From Tubiluchus corallicola (taxonomy: Eukaryota; Animalia; Priapulida), in the NCBI GenBank assembly GCA_030141605.1, contig JAQGDQ010002392.1, positions 62,001 through 126,000 of the forward strand: 64,000 bases of DNA, in the 5' to 3' direction. Below the pieces are notes generated by a model. It did not search any database. It worked only from the letters and a program-made list of their open reading frames with translations, and was not told where the DNA came from. Of the stretch, positions 42,347-53,670 are shown piece after piece; position 1 is the stretch's first letter, and each line of letters starts with the position of its first letter. The translations under genes and the position numbers were made by a program.

Positions 42347-43579
42347 TTAACCAGAATCTTTGTTTCTTATATATTTAAACACAGAACCCGAAGAATAAAT
42401 AGAAGCCCCTACTCCAATAGCAAGCACTGTAACAAGAACAAGCATAAGGTCTGAAAACCTAACTTCTACTGGCAGATAGTCTATTACAAATGCCCCTGCC
42501 CCTTTTATCGCTATAAGTCCGAAAGTATTTTGCAGCCAGCACACCGTTAAACCAAGTAGCGTTCCCAAAGTCAAACCCAATACAGATATAAGACAGCCTT
42601 CGGCTATAAATATATTTTTAATCTGCAATTTAGTAGCCCCAAGATTATTTAATGTAACAATATCTCGCTCTTTACCTATAATAAGAATACTCATTGTTCC
42701 CACTATATTAAAGGAAGATATAATAAGTATAAACAGGAGTATAACAAATGATACAAATTTCTCTGATTTCAAAGTTTTCCAGAATAAGTCGTGCTGCTGA
42801 AATCTATTTTTTATTGTATACCCCTCCCCTATTGTATTTTGCAAGTTTTTTTGCACCTCGTCTATGTTTGCATCTTTACTCATTTGTACTTCCAGTGCTG
42901 TTATTTCATTGGGTAGATAGCCAAAAAGTTTTTGGGCAAACGATATTGGCGTTACAACATACTTACTATCATACTCCTGTTGTACAGAGAAAATACCAAC
43001 AGGGTAAATCAATTCCGAACGAAAAGCTGCTTGAGGATTGGTAACATTTATTTTAGCATCGCGACGTGGAGCATATAAGTGAATGGGCTTGGTAATTCTC
43101 AGTCCCAACGATAGGTTCGCTGCTATGGTAAGCCCCACTACTGCAAAAGGGTTGCCCCTGCCATAAAGTTGAAAATTTCCATTCACCATCATCTTATCTA
43201 TCTCCGTCATTTCTCGAAAAACAGTGTCTACTCCTTTTATTGTGCCTGCCACTTGTAAGTCGTTATACTTTATCAGCACATTTTCCTCTACTACCTTCGA
43301 GTAACGAGCTACTCCATCTAGCTGCTGTATATTCTGTAAAACAGTAGTATCAGGCTTAAATGTTTTTCCCTCAGTAATAGTTATCTTAAAATCAGGGTCA
43401 AATGTATTGAAAAGAGATGTAAGCGTAGTTTCTAAACCATTAAAAACAGATAGCACCACAATAAAAGCAAAGGTGCTAATAGTAACACCCATTACAGATA
43501 CACCAGAAATAATATTGACAAGGTTGAGTGATTTTTTAGAAAAAAAATATCTGAAAGCAATGTAGAGAGAAAATTTCAT
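42347..43579 (-). CDS. LolC/E / FtsX-like ABC transporter permease
   Basis: IA.RYFFSKKS...VNIIS.VS..GV, VLSVFNG, large periplasmic domain, C-terminal TM segments with IF..EG. Confidence 0.88.
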   Translation of the reverse strand: MKFSLYIAFRYFFSKKSLNLVNIISGVSVMGVTISTFAFIVVLSVFNGLETTLTSLFNTFDPDFKITITEGKTFKPDTTVLQNIQQLDGVARYSKVVEENVLIKYNDLQVAGTIKGVDTVFREMTEIDKMMVNGNFQLYGRGNPFAVVGLTIAANLSLGLRITKPIHLYAPRRDAKINVTNPQAAFRSELIYPVGIFSVQQEYDSKYVVTPISFAQKLFGYLPNEITALEVQMSKDANIDEVQKNLQNTIGEGYTIKNRFQQHDLFWKTLKSEKFVSFVILLFILIISSFNIVGTMSILIIGKERDIVTLNNLGATKLQIKNIFIAEGCLISVLGLTLGTLLGLTVCWLQNTFGLIAIKGAGAFVIDYLPVEVRFSDLMLVLVTVLAIGVGASIYSSGSVFKYIRNKDSG

Positions 43580-43644
43580 CAGCCAAGTTTACTTTTAGAA
43601 TAAATACATTGAAAAATAAAAAAGAAGCAAGACAAATACATTCC

Positions 43645-43989
43645 CTATTCCTTAGTCAACTGATCTATATTTTCCATATAATCAAGTGTGTCATCGAGAT
43701 AAAATAATAATTCTGGTATCTTTTTCATCTGATTTCTTATTCTCATCCCTAAATCATAGCGTATCTTTTTTGTATTTTTATTGATAGCCTGCAATAATTC
43801 TTGATTACCTTGCGAAGGAAAGATGCTTAAATACACTTTGGCAATTTCCAAATCGGGTGTTACTCTTACAACAGTAACAGATATAAACTTCATTCCCTTT
43901 GAAACCATTTTTTTACTCTCTATTTGGAACAGATGAGCAAGTTCCTTTTGCAACAGTCGTGCTACTTTCAATTGTCTGGTGCTTTCCAT
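43645..43989 (-). CDS. rbfA: 30S ribosome-binding factor RbfA
   Basis: RQ.KVARLLQKEL, VTVVRVTPDL..AKVYLSIFP, PELLFYLDD. Confidence 0.95.
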   Translation of the reverse strand: MESTRQLKVARLLQKELAHLFQIESKKMVSKGMKFISVTVVRVTPDLEIAKVYLSIFPSQGNQELLQAINKNTKKIRYDLGMRIRNQMKKIPELLFYLDDTLDYMENIDQLTKE

Positions 43990-44002
43990 TTAATATCTTT
44001 CT

Positions 44003-46273
44003 TTACTCTTTTTTGTTCAACTTTTGCGCCTTAGCCACAGCTATAGTTGCCATATTAATTATCTCCCTTACAGAGCCATCCAACTGCACCACGTGTATCG
44101 ACTTATTAAGCCCTACAAGAATAGGTCCTATTACTTCACCCTCGCCCAGTTCTTGGAGCATCTTATAAGTAATATTTCCTGAACTAAGATTAGGAAATAT
44201 TAAAGTATTCACATCTTTACCGGCTAGTTTAGAAAAAGCAAACTTATCCTTCAATGTCTTTTTATTAAGAGCTATGTTCGCGTGTATCTCGCCATCTATA
44301 ATCATTTCAGGGTTTTCTTTATGCAATGTTTTCACTACATTTCTTACTAAATTAGGGCTACCTCCTTTAATATCTCCAAAATTGGAATAAGAAACCATTG
44401 CCATCACAGGTTCTATATTAAACTCCTTCACTGCTTCGTAAATAAGTTTAGTAACACTAAGCAATATTCTTTCATTAGGATGATTATTGACCGTAGTATC
44501 AGCAAGAAATACGGGGCCTCTTTTGGTAATGACAATATGCATACCCGCTATCCTATTGGTGTCTGGTTTTGCTCCTATTATTCGCCTTGCAGGTTTTAGT
44601 ATAGAACGATATTTACTCATTACTCCCGATAAGAAGGCATCTGCATCTCCATTCTCCACCATCATCATCCCAAAATGATTTTTTCTAAACATTCTATCCA
44701 GTGCCTCATCGTAAGTTATACCTCTACGCTGCATTTTATTATGAAACATTTTGGCATATTTTTTCACCTTTTCAAACTGACTGTCGTGCTTAGGATCCAT
44801 TACCTTTAAATTAGGGATAGTGATACTATGCTTTTGCATCAGCTCCATTATTCTATCTTTATTGCCCAACAATATGGGATAAGCTATTCTTTCGTTTGCT
44901 ACTACTTGTGCTGCTTTCAGTGTTTTTAAATTTCTTCCCTCAGCAAATACCAAACGTTGTGGGCTTTGTTTTGCTTTGTTGGTAATGACTTTCATCAACT
45001 TGTTGTCATGCCCCAATCTTTTCTCCAACTCCAAGCGATATTTACTCCAATTGTCAATTTTTTTCCGAGCTACACCCGATTGTATTGCAGCCTTAGCCAC
45101 AGCAGGAGCTACGGTGGTTATCAGCCGAGGGTCAAGCGGTTTGGGTATAACATAATCCCTCCCGAAAATAATATTTGTTTTATTGTAAGCCGTATTTACA
45201 ATATCAGGCACAGGCTCCTTAGTAAGGTTAGCCAAAGCATATACAGCTGCCAGCTTCATTTCTTCGTTAATCTCTGTTGCCCATACATCCAATGCTCCTC
45301 TAAATATATAAGGAAATCCAAGTACATTGTTAATTTGATTAGGATGGTCAGAACGCCCCGTAGCAAAAATAATATCCTTTCTTGATGCCATAGCCTTCTC
45401 GTAAGATATTTCAGGGTCGGGGTTGGCAAGAGCAAATACAATAGGATTTTTTGTCATCGACCTTAGCATTTCAGGAGTTACAGTATTGCCTATCGATAGC
45501 CCAAGAAATACATCTGCTTTTTTTAATGCTTCTTCTAATGTTCTTATCTTTCTACTAGTAGCATATTGTTGCTTCATCTCGTTAAGGTCTGAGCGGTCTT
45601 TATGTATCACCCCCTTGCTATCGCACATTATAATATGATTTCTTTTTACTCCTAACTGCATATAAAGGTCGGCACAAGACATAGCAGCAGCTCCTGCCCC
45701 ATTAACAACTACTGATATTTTGTCTATTTTTTTTCTTGCTAGTTCAAGTGCGTTGAGCAAGCCTGCTGCCGATATAATAGCCGTTCCGTGCTGGTCGTCG
45801 TGCATCACAGGTATGCTAAGTTCTTTTTTTAGTTTCTTTTCTATTTCAAAGCATTCTGGAGCTTTAATGTCTTCAAGGTTAATGCCTCCAAAAGTTGGCG
45901 ATATTATTTTTACAGTTTCTACAAATCTATCTATGTCTTTGGTATCTAACTGTATATCAAATACATCTAAATCGGCAAATATTTTAAACAACAATCCCTT
46001 TCCCTCCATCACAGGCTTACTCGCAAGAGGACCTATATCACCCAAACCTAACACAGCAGTACCATTAGAAATAACTGCTACAAGATTGCCTTTGGTGGTA
46101 TACTTATATACATTATCAGAATTTTTGTGTATTTCTTTACAGGGTTCTGCCACCCCGGGCGAGTACGCAAGCGAGAGGTCTCTCTGCGAACTATAAGGCT
46201 TAGAAGGAAGTACTTCTATTTTCCCAGCCCTCCCTTCCGAATGGTATTTTAATGCTTCTTTATTTTTGTTCAT
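44003..46273 (-). CDS. maeB: NADP-dependent malic enzyme with C-terminal PTA-like domain
   Basis: LSLAYSPGVAEPC, SKPVMEGKG.LFK, INLEDIKAP, HDDQHGTAI, GRSD.PNQINNVLGFP, C-terminal phosphotransacetylase-like domain. Confidence 0.95.
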   Translation of the reverse strand: MNKNKEALKYHSEGRAGKIEVLPSKPYSSQRDLSLAYSPGVAEPCKEIHKNSDNVYKYTTKGNLVAVISNGTAVLGLGDIGPLASKPVMEGKGLLFKIFADLDVFDIQLDTKDIDRFVETVKIISPTFGGINLEDIKAPECFEIEKKLKKELSIPVMHDDQHGTAIISAAGLLNALELARKKIDKISVVVNGAGAAAMSCADLYMQLGVKRNHIIMCDSKGVIHKDRSDLNEMKQQYATSRKIRTLEEALKKADVFLGLSIGNTVTPEMLRSMTKNPIVFALANPDPEISYEKAMASRKDIIFATGRSDHPNQINNVLGFPYIFRGALDVWATEINEEMKLAAVYALANLTKEPVPDIVNTAYNKTNIIFGRDYVIPKPLDPRLITTVAPAVAKAAIQSGVARKKIDNWSKYRLELEKRLGHDNKLMKVITNKAKQSPQRLVFAEGRNLKTLKAAQVVANERIAYPILLGNKDRIMELMQKHSITIPNLKVMDPKHDSQFEKVKKYAKMFHNKMQRRGITYDEALDRMFRKNHFGMMMVENGDADAFLSGVMSKYRSILKPARRIIGAKPDTNRIAGMHIVITKRGPVFLADTTVNNHPNERILLSVTKLIYEAVKEFNIEPVMAMVSYSNFGDIKGGSPNLVRNVVKTLHKENPEMIIDGEIHANIALNKKTLKDKFAFSKLAGKDVNTLIFPNLSSGNITYKMLQELGEGEVIGPILVGLNKSIHVVQLDGSVREIINMATIAVAKAQKLNKKE

Positions 46274-46516
46274 AACGTGTCGTAATATGTTACAAGTAGA
46301 ATTAAGTAATACTTTAATTTACATCAAATAATCTTACCTTAAACTACTCTCTTATAGAGGATGACTTTTTTTTAAACTTTCTACAAATGAAATAACTTAA
46401 CTTCTTACAAACATAATAACTTATTTGTTGAAATACATAATTAATTTTGCTGTTGCTCAATTTTATTAATATTTTAGCATTATTTTTATGATTTATTTAT
46501 AGTATTAATCTTATTT

Positions 46517-47521
46517 ATGCAGAGTATTTTAAGAATAAGTGTTTTCGGTGGAGGTAGTTGGGCTACTGCTATAATAAAAATTCTGGAAAGCAACCCTTTA
46601 CCCAAAGACAAAATCAATTGGTATATACGCAAAGATACTACCATTGAACATATTAGAAGTACTGGTCGTAATCCTAAATATCTGAGTTCTGTAAAAATAG
46701 ACAATGAAAAAATTAACTTGTCAAGCCACATAAATGAGGTTATCAGCAATTCCGATGTATTGATTTTTGCCATACCTTCTGCTTACCTACCATTAGCAGC
46801 CAACAAAATAAAAGTAGATATTTCCAAGAAGTTTATCTTATCGTCTATCAAAGGTATTGTGCCAGAAAAAAACCTTATTGTTAGCCATTATTTCAATCAG
46901 GAATTTGGTGTTCCATTAGAAAACATAGGGACATTGTCTGGTCCTTGTCATGCGGAAGAAATAGCCTTAGAAAAACTTTCATACCTTACTATATCTTCTA
47001 AAAATTTGGAAATAGCTCGCAAAATTTCAGAGTTAATAGAATGTCGTTTTTTGAGAACCTCTACCTCCAGTGACACCCAAGGAACAGAGTATGCTGCTGT
47101 GCTGAAAAACATTTATGCCATTGCAACGGGTATCTGCCACGGGTTAGGTTACGGCGATAACTTTCAAGCAATTCTTATTTCTAATGCTTTACAGGAACTA
47201 AAAAGATTTATTAACGAAGTAGATACCAACAAACGAGATATAAAAGAATCGAGCTATCTTGGTGACTTACTGGTTACAAATTATTCTACATTTAGCAGAA
47301 ATCGTTCTTTGGGGACTATGATAGGTAAAGGCTATTCTGTAAAATCGTCACTACTTGACTTAGGTATGGTGTCAGAAGGATATTTTGCAAGTAAGTGTAT
47401 CAAAGAGATTAACGAAAAATATAAAGTACATATGCCTATTGCAGAAGCAGTATACAACATACTATACGAAAATGTTTTACCAGCAGTAGAAATAAAACTC
47501 TTAACTAACAATCTTAAATAA
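46517..47521 (+). CDS. gpsA: NAD(P)H-dependent glycerol-3-phosphate dehydrogenase
   Basis: [49 protein letters not shown]. Confidence 0.95.
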   Translation: MQSILRISVFGGGSWATAIIKILESNPLPKDKINWYIRKDTTIEHIRSTGRNPKYLSSVKIDNEKINLSSHINEVISNSDVLIFAIPSAYLPLAANKIKVDISKKFILSSIKGIVPEKNLIVSHYFNQEFGVPLENIGTLSGPCHAEEIALEKLSYLTISSKNLEIARKISELIECRFLRTSTSSDTQGTEYAAVLKNIYAIATGICHGLGYGDNFQAILISNALQELKRFINEVDTNKRDIKESSYLGDLLVTNYSTFSRNRSLGTMIGKGYSVKSSLLDLGMVSEGYFASKCIKEINEKYKVHMPIAEAVYNILYENVLPAVEIKLLTNNLK

Positions 47522-47522
47522 A

Positions 47523-48860
47523 ATGAGGAATATACAATTAGACATCTACAATGTATTTTCTTTCGTTTCTAAAACGAGCATCTACAATTTAAAGAACAAA
47601 GCAGAAGAATGTAATAAAGCCCTTTATGATAAGAGCGGAGCAGGTAATGATTTTTTAGGTTGGGTTACTTTGCCAAATAATATTAGCAGTGAAGAAATTT
47701 CTGACATTGAAAACACTGCGAATAAGCTGCAAGACATTGCCGATTATATAGTAGTTATAGGCATTGGTGGGTCGTACCTTGGAGCAAAAATGGTGATAAA
47801 TGCACTGAACAATAATATTGAAACCCCTGCCAACAAAACCAAGATACTTTTTGCGGGGCAAAATATAAGTGAAGATTATTTATTTGAACTCAATGAGTTT
47901 TTACAAGATAAGTCATTTGCTTTGGTCAATATTTCAAAATCGGGCACTACTACTGAGCCTGCTATTGCTTTTAGAGTACTGAAAAATTTATTGGAGGAAA
48001 AATACAGCCCAACAGAGGTAAAACAAAGAATAGTGGCTATTACAGATAAGGAAAAAGGGGCTTTGCGACAATTGGCAGATGAAGAAGGCTACAAAACATT
48101 TATAGTTCCTGATGATGTGGGTGGTCGATTCTCAGTTTTAACTCCCGTAGGTTTATTGCCTATTGCTATTGCTGGGTACGACATAAAGCAACTTATTGCT
48201 GGGGCTAAGGATATGCAGCAATTAACTGATACATCTGTTAGTTTTGAAGACAATATAGCTTGTCTTTACGCTGCTACACGCAATGCTATCTACAAAGAAG
48301 GAAAATCAGTAGAAATATTGGCAAACTATGAACCTAAATTAGAAAATATTGGCGAATGGTGGAAACAATTGTATGGAGAAAGTGAAGGGAAAGAAAATAA
48401 AGGTATTTTTACAGCCAGCGTAAATTTCACCACAGACCTACACTCATTGGGACAATTTATACAAGAAGGAAGCCGCACAATATTTGAAACTGTTGTTTCT
48501 GTAAATGAACCTCAATATACATTGAAAGTTCCCAAAGATGATAACAATTTAGATAAACTTAATTATCTTGCAGGTAAGAGAGTTAGTGAGATAAATAAAA
48601 TGGCTGAACTTGGCACACAATTAGCCCACATAGATGGGGGAGTCCCCATCATTAGGATAGAAATACCCAAAATAACAGAATATTACCTTGGGCAGTTGCT
48701 TTACTTCTTTGAGAAGGCTTGTGGTATTAGTGGTTATATCTTAGGCATCAATCCATTTGACCAGCCGGGTGTGGAGGCTTATAAGAAAAATATGTTTGCA
48801 CTGCTCAATAAAGAAGGATTTGAAAAAGAACATAAGGAAATACAGAAGAGGCTCAAATAA
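47523..48860 (+). CDS. pgi: Glucose-6-phosphate isomerase
   Basis: [49 protein letters not shown]. Confidence 0.97.
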   Translation: MRNIQLDIYNVFSFVSKTSIYNLKNKAEECNKALYDKSGAGNDFLGWVTLPNNISSEEISDIENTANKLQDIADYIVVIGIGGSYLGAKMVINALNNNIETPANKTKILFAGQNISEDYLFELNEFLQDKSFALVNISKSGTTTEPAIAFRVLKNLLEEKYSPTEVKQRIVAITDKEKGALRQLADEEGYKTFIVPDDVGGRFSVLTPVGLLPIAIAGYDIKQLIAGAKDMQQLTDTSVSFEDNIACLYAATRNAIYKEGKSVEILANYEPKLENIGEWWKQLYGESEGKENKGIFTASVNFTTDLHSLGQFIQEGSRTIFETVVSVNEPQYTLKVPKDDNNLDKLNYLAGKRVSEINKMAELGTQLAHIDGGVPIIRIEIPKITEYYLGQLLYFFEKACGISGYILGINPFDQPGVEAYKKNMFALLNKEGFEKEHKEIQKRLK

Positions 48861-48871
48861 CCTAAATCACT

Positions 48872-49615
48872 ATGATGTTATTTTTTCATTTAGGTAGATA
48901 CTTTCTATTTCTAAAAGAGGTTTTTAACAAGCCTGAACGATTGAAAGTATACATCCAACAAACAATAAAGGAAATAGACAAGCTGGTAATGTCGTCGGTG
49001 GGTATTACTGTAATTATATCTACTTTTATGGGTATGGTAATTACACTGCAAACGGCATATAATGTAGATAGTCCCTTTGTTCCTAAATATACAATAGGCT
49101 ACGCCACCAGAGACTCACTTGTCTTAGAATTTAGTTCTACTATATTGAGCCTTATAATGGCAGGTAAAGTGGGTTCTAATATAGCTTCGGAGATAGGTAC
49201 TATGAGGGTAACCGAACAGATAGATGCTTTGGAGATAATGGGTGTCAATCCGTCCTGCTTCTTAGTATTACCTAAAATAGTAGCCACAATGTTTTTCAAT
49301 CCTATTTTATATATATTTAGTGTTTTTGTAGGGCTTGTAGGTGGTTGGGTAGCGGTTTTGGTTTCGGGAGTAATTTCTCCCGCTGCTTATATAGATGGTA
49401 TATTACTTTTGCCTTTCGATGGCTTTAAGGTTACGTATTCTATTATTAAAATGTCGGTATTTGCTTTTATCATCAGCACTGTATCATCCTACTATGGTTA
49501 TTATACACAAGGAGGAGCTTTGGAAGTAGGAAGGGCAAGCACCAAAGCTGTTGTATATAGTAGTATCCTTATATTACTATTCAATCTCTTATTAACACAA
49601 TTGTTACTTACATAG
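48872..49615 (+). CDS. mlaE: MlaE family ABC transporter permease
   Basis: AGKVGSNIASEIGTMRVTEQIDALEIMG, GGALEVGRASTKAVV. Confidence 0.92.
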   Translation: MMLFFHLGRYFLFLKEVFNKPERLKVYIQQTIKEIDKLVMSSVGITVIISTFMGMVITLQTAYNVDSPFVPKYTIGYATRDSLVLEFSSTILSLIMAGKVGSNIASEIGTMRVTEQIDALEIMGVNPSCFLVLPKIVATMFFNPILYIFSVFVGLVGGWVAVLVSGVISPAAYIDGILLLPFDGFKVTYSIIKMSVFAFIISTVSSYYGYYTQGGALEVGRASTKAVVYSSILILLFNLLLTQLLLT

Positions 49616-49864
49616 TAGTATGGGCTGAGTTGTCGAGCACCAATTCAAAGTCAAAAGCTACTCTATTCATAACTTTTATATTTCTTTGCAAAATGAAAGA
49701 ATTAATTAAAATAACTATATGCCAATTAATATTATTATAGCGTATTAGTAATTAACATTAAATAATATATGTTACTACTATCATTCCTAAAAATATAAAG
49801 ATAAATAAGATTAAAATTTCATATATTTGAACACTAATACAGTATTTATCTATTGCATTAATAT

Positions 49865-50626
49865 ATGATTATTGTAAAAAATGTAAGTAAAACCTTCAAT
49901 GGGACAAAAGTGTTAGAGAACATTTCTACTACTTTTGACCAAGGAAAGACCAATCTTATTATAGGGCAAAGTGGCTCAGGTAAGACCGTTTTGCTCAAAC
50001 TTATTATAGGGCTGCACACTATTGAAGAAGGAGAAATTATATATTCTGACAAAGAACATTCTGCCTCAGACTTGATAGACAAAAAACAGATAAGAAAAGA
50101 AATGGGTATGGTATTTCAAGGAGGAGCTTTGTTCGATTCTGCCACAGTAGAGGAAAACGTAGCTTTTCCTCTACATATGTTTTCCAATTATTCAAAAAAA
50201 GAAATACATAATAGAGTTAATTTCTGCTTAGAAAGAGTAAATATAATAGATAAAAACCATCTATATCCCGCAGAGTTAAGTGGAGGAATGAGAAAACGAG
50301 TATCTATTGCAAGAGCCATTGTACTTAATCCTAAGTATCTTTTTTGCGATGAGCCTAATTCAGGCTTAGACCCTGTTACTTCCATTCTTATAGACAATCT
50401 AATAAAAAAACTTACGAAGGAATTTAATATGACAACCATTATCAACACCCACGATATGAACTCGGTAATGGAAATAGGAGAAAAAATACTATTCATACAT
50501 CAAGGGAAGAAGGGATGGGAAGGCTCTAACAAAGACGTATTTAATTCTGATAGCAAAGAACTTAATGAGTTTATATTTGCAAACAAGTCGTTCCAATTAA
50601 TGAAAAGTAAGATTAAAGAACAATAG
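49865..50626 (+). CDS. mlaF: MlaF/Ttg2A-like ABC transporter ATP-binding protein
   Basis: GQSGSGKT, FQGGALFDS.TV.ENVAFPL, ELSGGMRKRV.IARA, DEPNSGLDP, THDMNS. Confidence 0.9.
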   Translation: MIIVKNVSKTFNGTKVLENISTTFDQGKTNLIIGQSGSGKTVLLKLIIGLHTIEEGEIIYSDKEHSASDLIDKKQIRKEMGMVFQGGALFDSATVEENVAFPLHMFSNYSKKEIHNRVNFCLERVNIIDKNHLYPAELSGGMRKRVSIARAIVLNPKYLFCDEPNSGLDPVTSILIDNLIKKLTKEFNMTTIINTHDMNSVMEIGEKILFIHQGKKGWEGSNKDVFNSDSKELNEFIFANKSFQLMKSKIKEQ

Positions 50627-51117
50627 TGAAAAAAAATATCTCAAAAATAAATCTCTTAATAACTGCTACACTTACTATTGCTATTCTTATTTTTTTCTTT
50701 TACAATAACGAAAAAAAGCCTCCTATAAAAAGGAAAATTTTAAAAGAGATTCTTATTGATTTAAATTTAGCAGAAGGCATTTCTACAACACAAAAGCAAC
50801 CTAATCAAAGTTCTCTACAATATAAATACATATTACATAAATACAATATCACCCAAGCTGAACTGGACTCTACTATGACTTATTATATAAACCGCCCTAA
50901 AAAACTAAATAAGATCTACGAAGAAGTACTAACATATTTTAATAATATGGAAGCTAAACTAAAAGGAACAAAAAAAGAAAATTATTATTTAAAAGAACAT
51001 CTCACAGAAAAACCACTCTATGAAATTTACAAAGACCTCTCTACTCATAGCATCTTAACAAGAGACACTACAAAATACTATATCGCCATTGAAGAAATAT
51101 CACAAGAAAATGAATAA
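50626..51117 (+). CDS. DUF4296-like protein
   Basis: N-terminal TM, IL.DL.LAEG, IL.KY.IT.A.LDSTM.YY..RP..L.KIYE.V. GTG start. Confidence 0.7.
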   Translation: MKKNISKINLLITATLTIAILIFFFYNNEKKPPIKRKILKEILIDLNLAEGISTTQKQPNQSSLQYKYILHKYNITQAELDSTMTYYINRPKKLNKIYEEVLTYFNNMEAKLKGTKKENYYLKEHLTEKPLYEIYKDLSTHSILTRDTTKYYIAIEEISQENE

Positions 51118-51252
51118 TTATATCAAATTTTTAAATATTTTTTTATAAATAACTTTTTTCACTTTAACTTATTCTTTTATCTTTGTATTAGAAATAAGAA
51201 GAGAGAGAAATATAGTATACCTTTTAAAAGCCTAAAAAAACCTAAAATTAAT

Positions 51253-51591
51253 ATGGAAAACTCAGAAAAATACTATGATTTGCTAGAATTAGAAAAACCT
51301 CCAAGAAAAATTACAAAAACTGCTAGCGACAGTAATGAACCTGAAAAAAGACGAGTAGGTAATCCTAATGGATGGAATACGTTAGCACGAAAGAACAGCA
51401 TCAAAACAAGAAGAAGAGTAGCTATTGAAAATTCAAAAGAAGCTGTTGATTTCATTAGGTGGCTAAAAAAAGAATACCCTAATATTTCTGTGAGAGAAAT
51501 TACTCGTAGGCTTAATATGTCAGGCTACAAAACCACTAGGGGTAAAACCTTCTTGCCGGGTTCTACACAAAACCTCTTTAAATATTTGTAA
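51253..51591 (+). CDS. Small basic protein resembling the C-terminal DNA-binding (Recombinase-type) domain of serine resolvases
   Basis: GNPNG...S.REI...LN..GYKT.RGK.F....(V/T)..L. No catalytic Y.R.S domain. Confidence 0.65.
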   Translation: MENSEKYYDLLELEKPPRKITKTASDSNEPEKRRVGNPNGWNTLARKNSIKTRRRVAIENSKEAVDFIRWLKKEYPNISVREITRRLNMSGYKTTRGKTFLPGSTQNLFKYL

Positions 51592-51603
51592 TATAATGGG
51601 AAA

Positions 51604-51629
51604 TAGAGGCTGCCCATTGGCAGCCTCTA
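51604..51629. terminator. GC-rich hairpin between convergent genes
   Basis: tagaggctgcc-catt-ggcagcctcta. Confidence 0.75.
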
Positions 51630-51732
51630 CCCCAAAAAATACGATTGCAATGTTTTAATGAGTAATAACTATGAACATATTACTCTTAACAGAAACTTTG
51701 ATACCTTTTTCAGAACATTCTCAATTATAAAT

Positions 51733-52254
51733 CTACCACACAAAATTCTTAGCACCTACCCATTTATTTTGCACACGTAAAGTCTGTTCCACCACATCTC
51801 TTACAGCCCCTTCTCCACCCTTTTTATTCGACACATAAGAAGAAATAGCTTTTATCTCTTCCGCAGCATCCTTAGGACAAGTAGGTACGCCCACCTCTTT
51901 CATTACGGAAAGATCTGGCACATCATCACCCATATATAAAATATTTTCAGGCAACAATTCATATTTAGCTATAAACTTTTCAAAACTTTGTAGCTTATTA
52001 CCTACCCCCATATATACTTTATGAACCCCTAGCTTTTCGTATCTTATCCTTACTCCCTCATTATACCCACCTGTAATAATCGCTATCTTAAAACCAAGGT
52101 TAATAGCCAGATTCATAGCAAATCCATCTTTTAAATTGGTAGTTCGAAGCAAATCCCCATCCACAGTAATCAAAGAACTTTCACCCGCCAGCACCCCATC
52201 TACATCAAAAATAAATGCTTCTACATTCTTCAACTGGTCTTTAAAAAAGGTCAT
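51733..52254 (-). CDS. kdsC: KDO-8-phosphate phosphatase (HAD superfamily)
   Basis: FIFDVDGVL, KDGFA, AIITGG, YMGDD.PD, GGEGAVRDVVE. Confidence 0.88.
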   Translation of the reverse strand: MTFFKDQLKNVEAFIFDVDGVLAGESSLITVDGDLLRTTNLKDGFAMNLAINLGFKIAIITGGYNEGVRIRYEKLGVHKVYMGVGNKLQSFEKFIAKYELLPENILYMGDDVPDLSVMKEVGVPTCPKDAAEEIKAISSYVSNKKGGEGAVRDVVEQTLRVQNKWVGAKNFVW

Positions 52255-52331
52255 ATAGAATTAAAGTTTTAATTTAAGTTATATTTCTGTTTTAGCAACT
52301 TCTATTACACAAACAAAAATACCCTATTCGT

Positions 52332-53150
52332 TTAAGGTATCTTTGGGAACTGATGAAAATTAGGTTTGCGTTTTTCTAAGAAAGCATTTTTCCCTTCCTG
52401 AGCTTCCTCCGTCATATAATAAAGCATAGTAGCATTCCCTGCCAGCTCCTGTATACCAGTTTGCCCGTCCAACTCTGCATTTAAACCTGCTTTTATCATA
52501 CGTATCGCTATTGGGCTACGCTGCTGTATCTTCTTACACCACTCTACAGTAGTATCTTCAAGTTGAGCCAAAGGCACTACCCTATTCACCAAGCCCATAT
52601 CCAAAGCCTCTTGGGCTGTATATTGTTCGCATAAAAACCATATCTCACGAGCCTTCTTCTGTCCTACGTGACGAGCCAAATAAGATGACCCAAACCCACC
52701 ATCAAAACTTCCTACTTTAGGTCCCGTTTGCCCAAACCGTGCATTTTCTGATGCAACAGTAAGGTCGCATACCACATGTAGCACGTGTCCTCCCCCTATT
52801 GCATAGCCATTTACCATTGCTATCACCACCTTAGGTATAAAGCGTATCTGCTTCTGCACATCCAATACACTAAGGCGAGGAATACCGCTATCATCTATAT
52901 ATCCAGCATATCCCTTTACATTTTGATCGCCTCCACTACAAAATGCTTTATCTCCCTCACCTGTAATTACCACGGTTAGTATGTCGGCACGCTCTCTACA
53001 TACAACCAAAGCATCACTCATTTCCTTTGTTGTTTTTGGAGTAAAAGCATTATGATAACGTGGTCGGTTAATCGTTATTTTCGCGATACCCTCAAAAAAA
53101 TCAAACTTTATCTCCTCATACTCTTTGATAGTTTCCCAATTTCTTTTCAT
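52332..53150 (-). CDS. menB: 1,4-dihydroxy-2-naphthoyl-CoA synthase
   Basis: [54 protein letters not shown]. Confidence 0.97.
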   Translation of the reverse strand: MKRNWETIKEYEEIKFDFFEGIAKITINRPRYHNAFTPKTTKEMSDALVVCRERADILTVVITGEGDKAFCSGGDQNVKGYAGYIDDSGIPRLSVLDVQKQIRFIPKVVIAMVNGYAIGGGHVLHVVCDLTVASENARFGQTGPKVGSFDGGFGSSYLARHVGQKKAREIWFLCEQYTAQEALDMGLVNRVVPLAQLEDTTVEWCKKIQQRSPIAIRMIKAGLNAELDGQTGIQELAGNATMLYYMTEEAQEGKNAFLEKRKPNFHQFPKIP

Positions 53151-53260
53151 ACAATTTTATTTTTGACATTAAACCTATACTACAATCTTTTGCAAAAAAA
53201 CCTTGCGGTAAAGAAAGTAATTAACTGCAAAATAATATAAAGTAAAGTTTTAGCTTTTAA

Positions 53261-53665
53261 TTAAAGTTTACCCTTCAATGCCTCCAACAACGAATCAGGA
53301 GCTTTCACAGGCTTATTCGTTTTCATATGTAAAAAGGCCAACTGTGTTTTTCCTATATTTATTAATATTTTATCTTGACTAAAAATTTCATACGAAAAAG
53401 TTATCTTCATCAACGGCAATTGCTTTATCGTTGTTTTAATAGTCAAAATATCGTCATACAAAGCAGGTTTCTTGTATTCAATATTCATATTGACAACAGG
53501 CATAGCTATCCCATCTTGCTCCATACTTTTGTAAGTATAATTGAGCGAACGTATTAGCTCTGTACGCCCTATCTCGTAATATCTCGCATAGTTGCCATAA
53601 TAGACCACTCCCATATTATCAGTATCAACATAAGGCACACGATATGTTACTTCAAAAGAGTACAT
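53261..53665 (-). CDS. Acyl-CoA thioesterase (YbgC/FadM, 4HBT family)
   Basis: RV.Y.DTD.MGVVYYGNY..YYE.GRTE, YKKPA.YDD.L. Confidence 0.9.
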   Translation of the reverse strand: MYSFEVTYRVPYVDTDNMGVVYYGNYARYYEIGRTELIRSLNYTYKSMEQDGIAMPVVNMNIEYKKPALYDDILTIKTTIKQLPLMKITFSYEIFSQDKILINIGKTQLAFLHMKTNKPVKAPDSLLEALKGKL

Positions 53666-53670
53666 TTTTT

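Noticed and set aside
49616-49864. 250-bp gap between mlaE and mlaF
   Set aside because: AT-rich, with no ORF, repeat or structure I can support.
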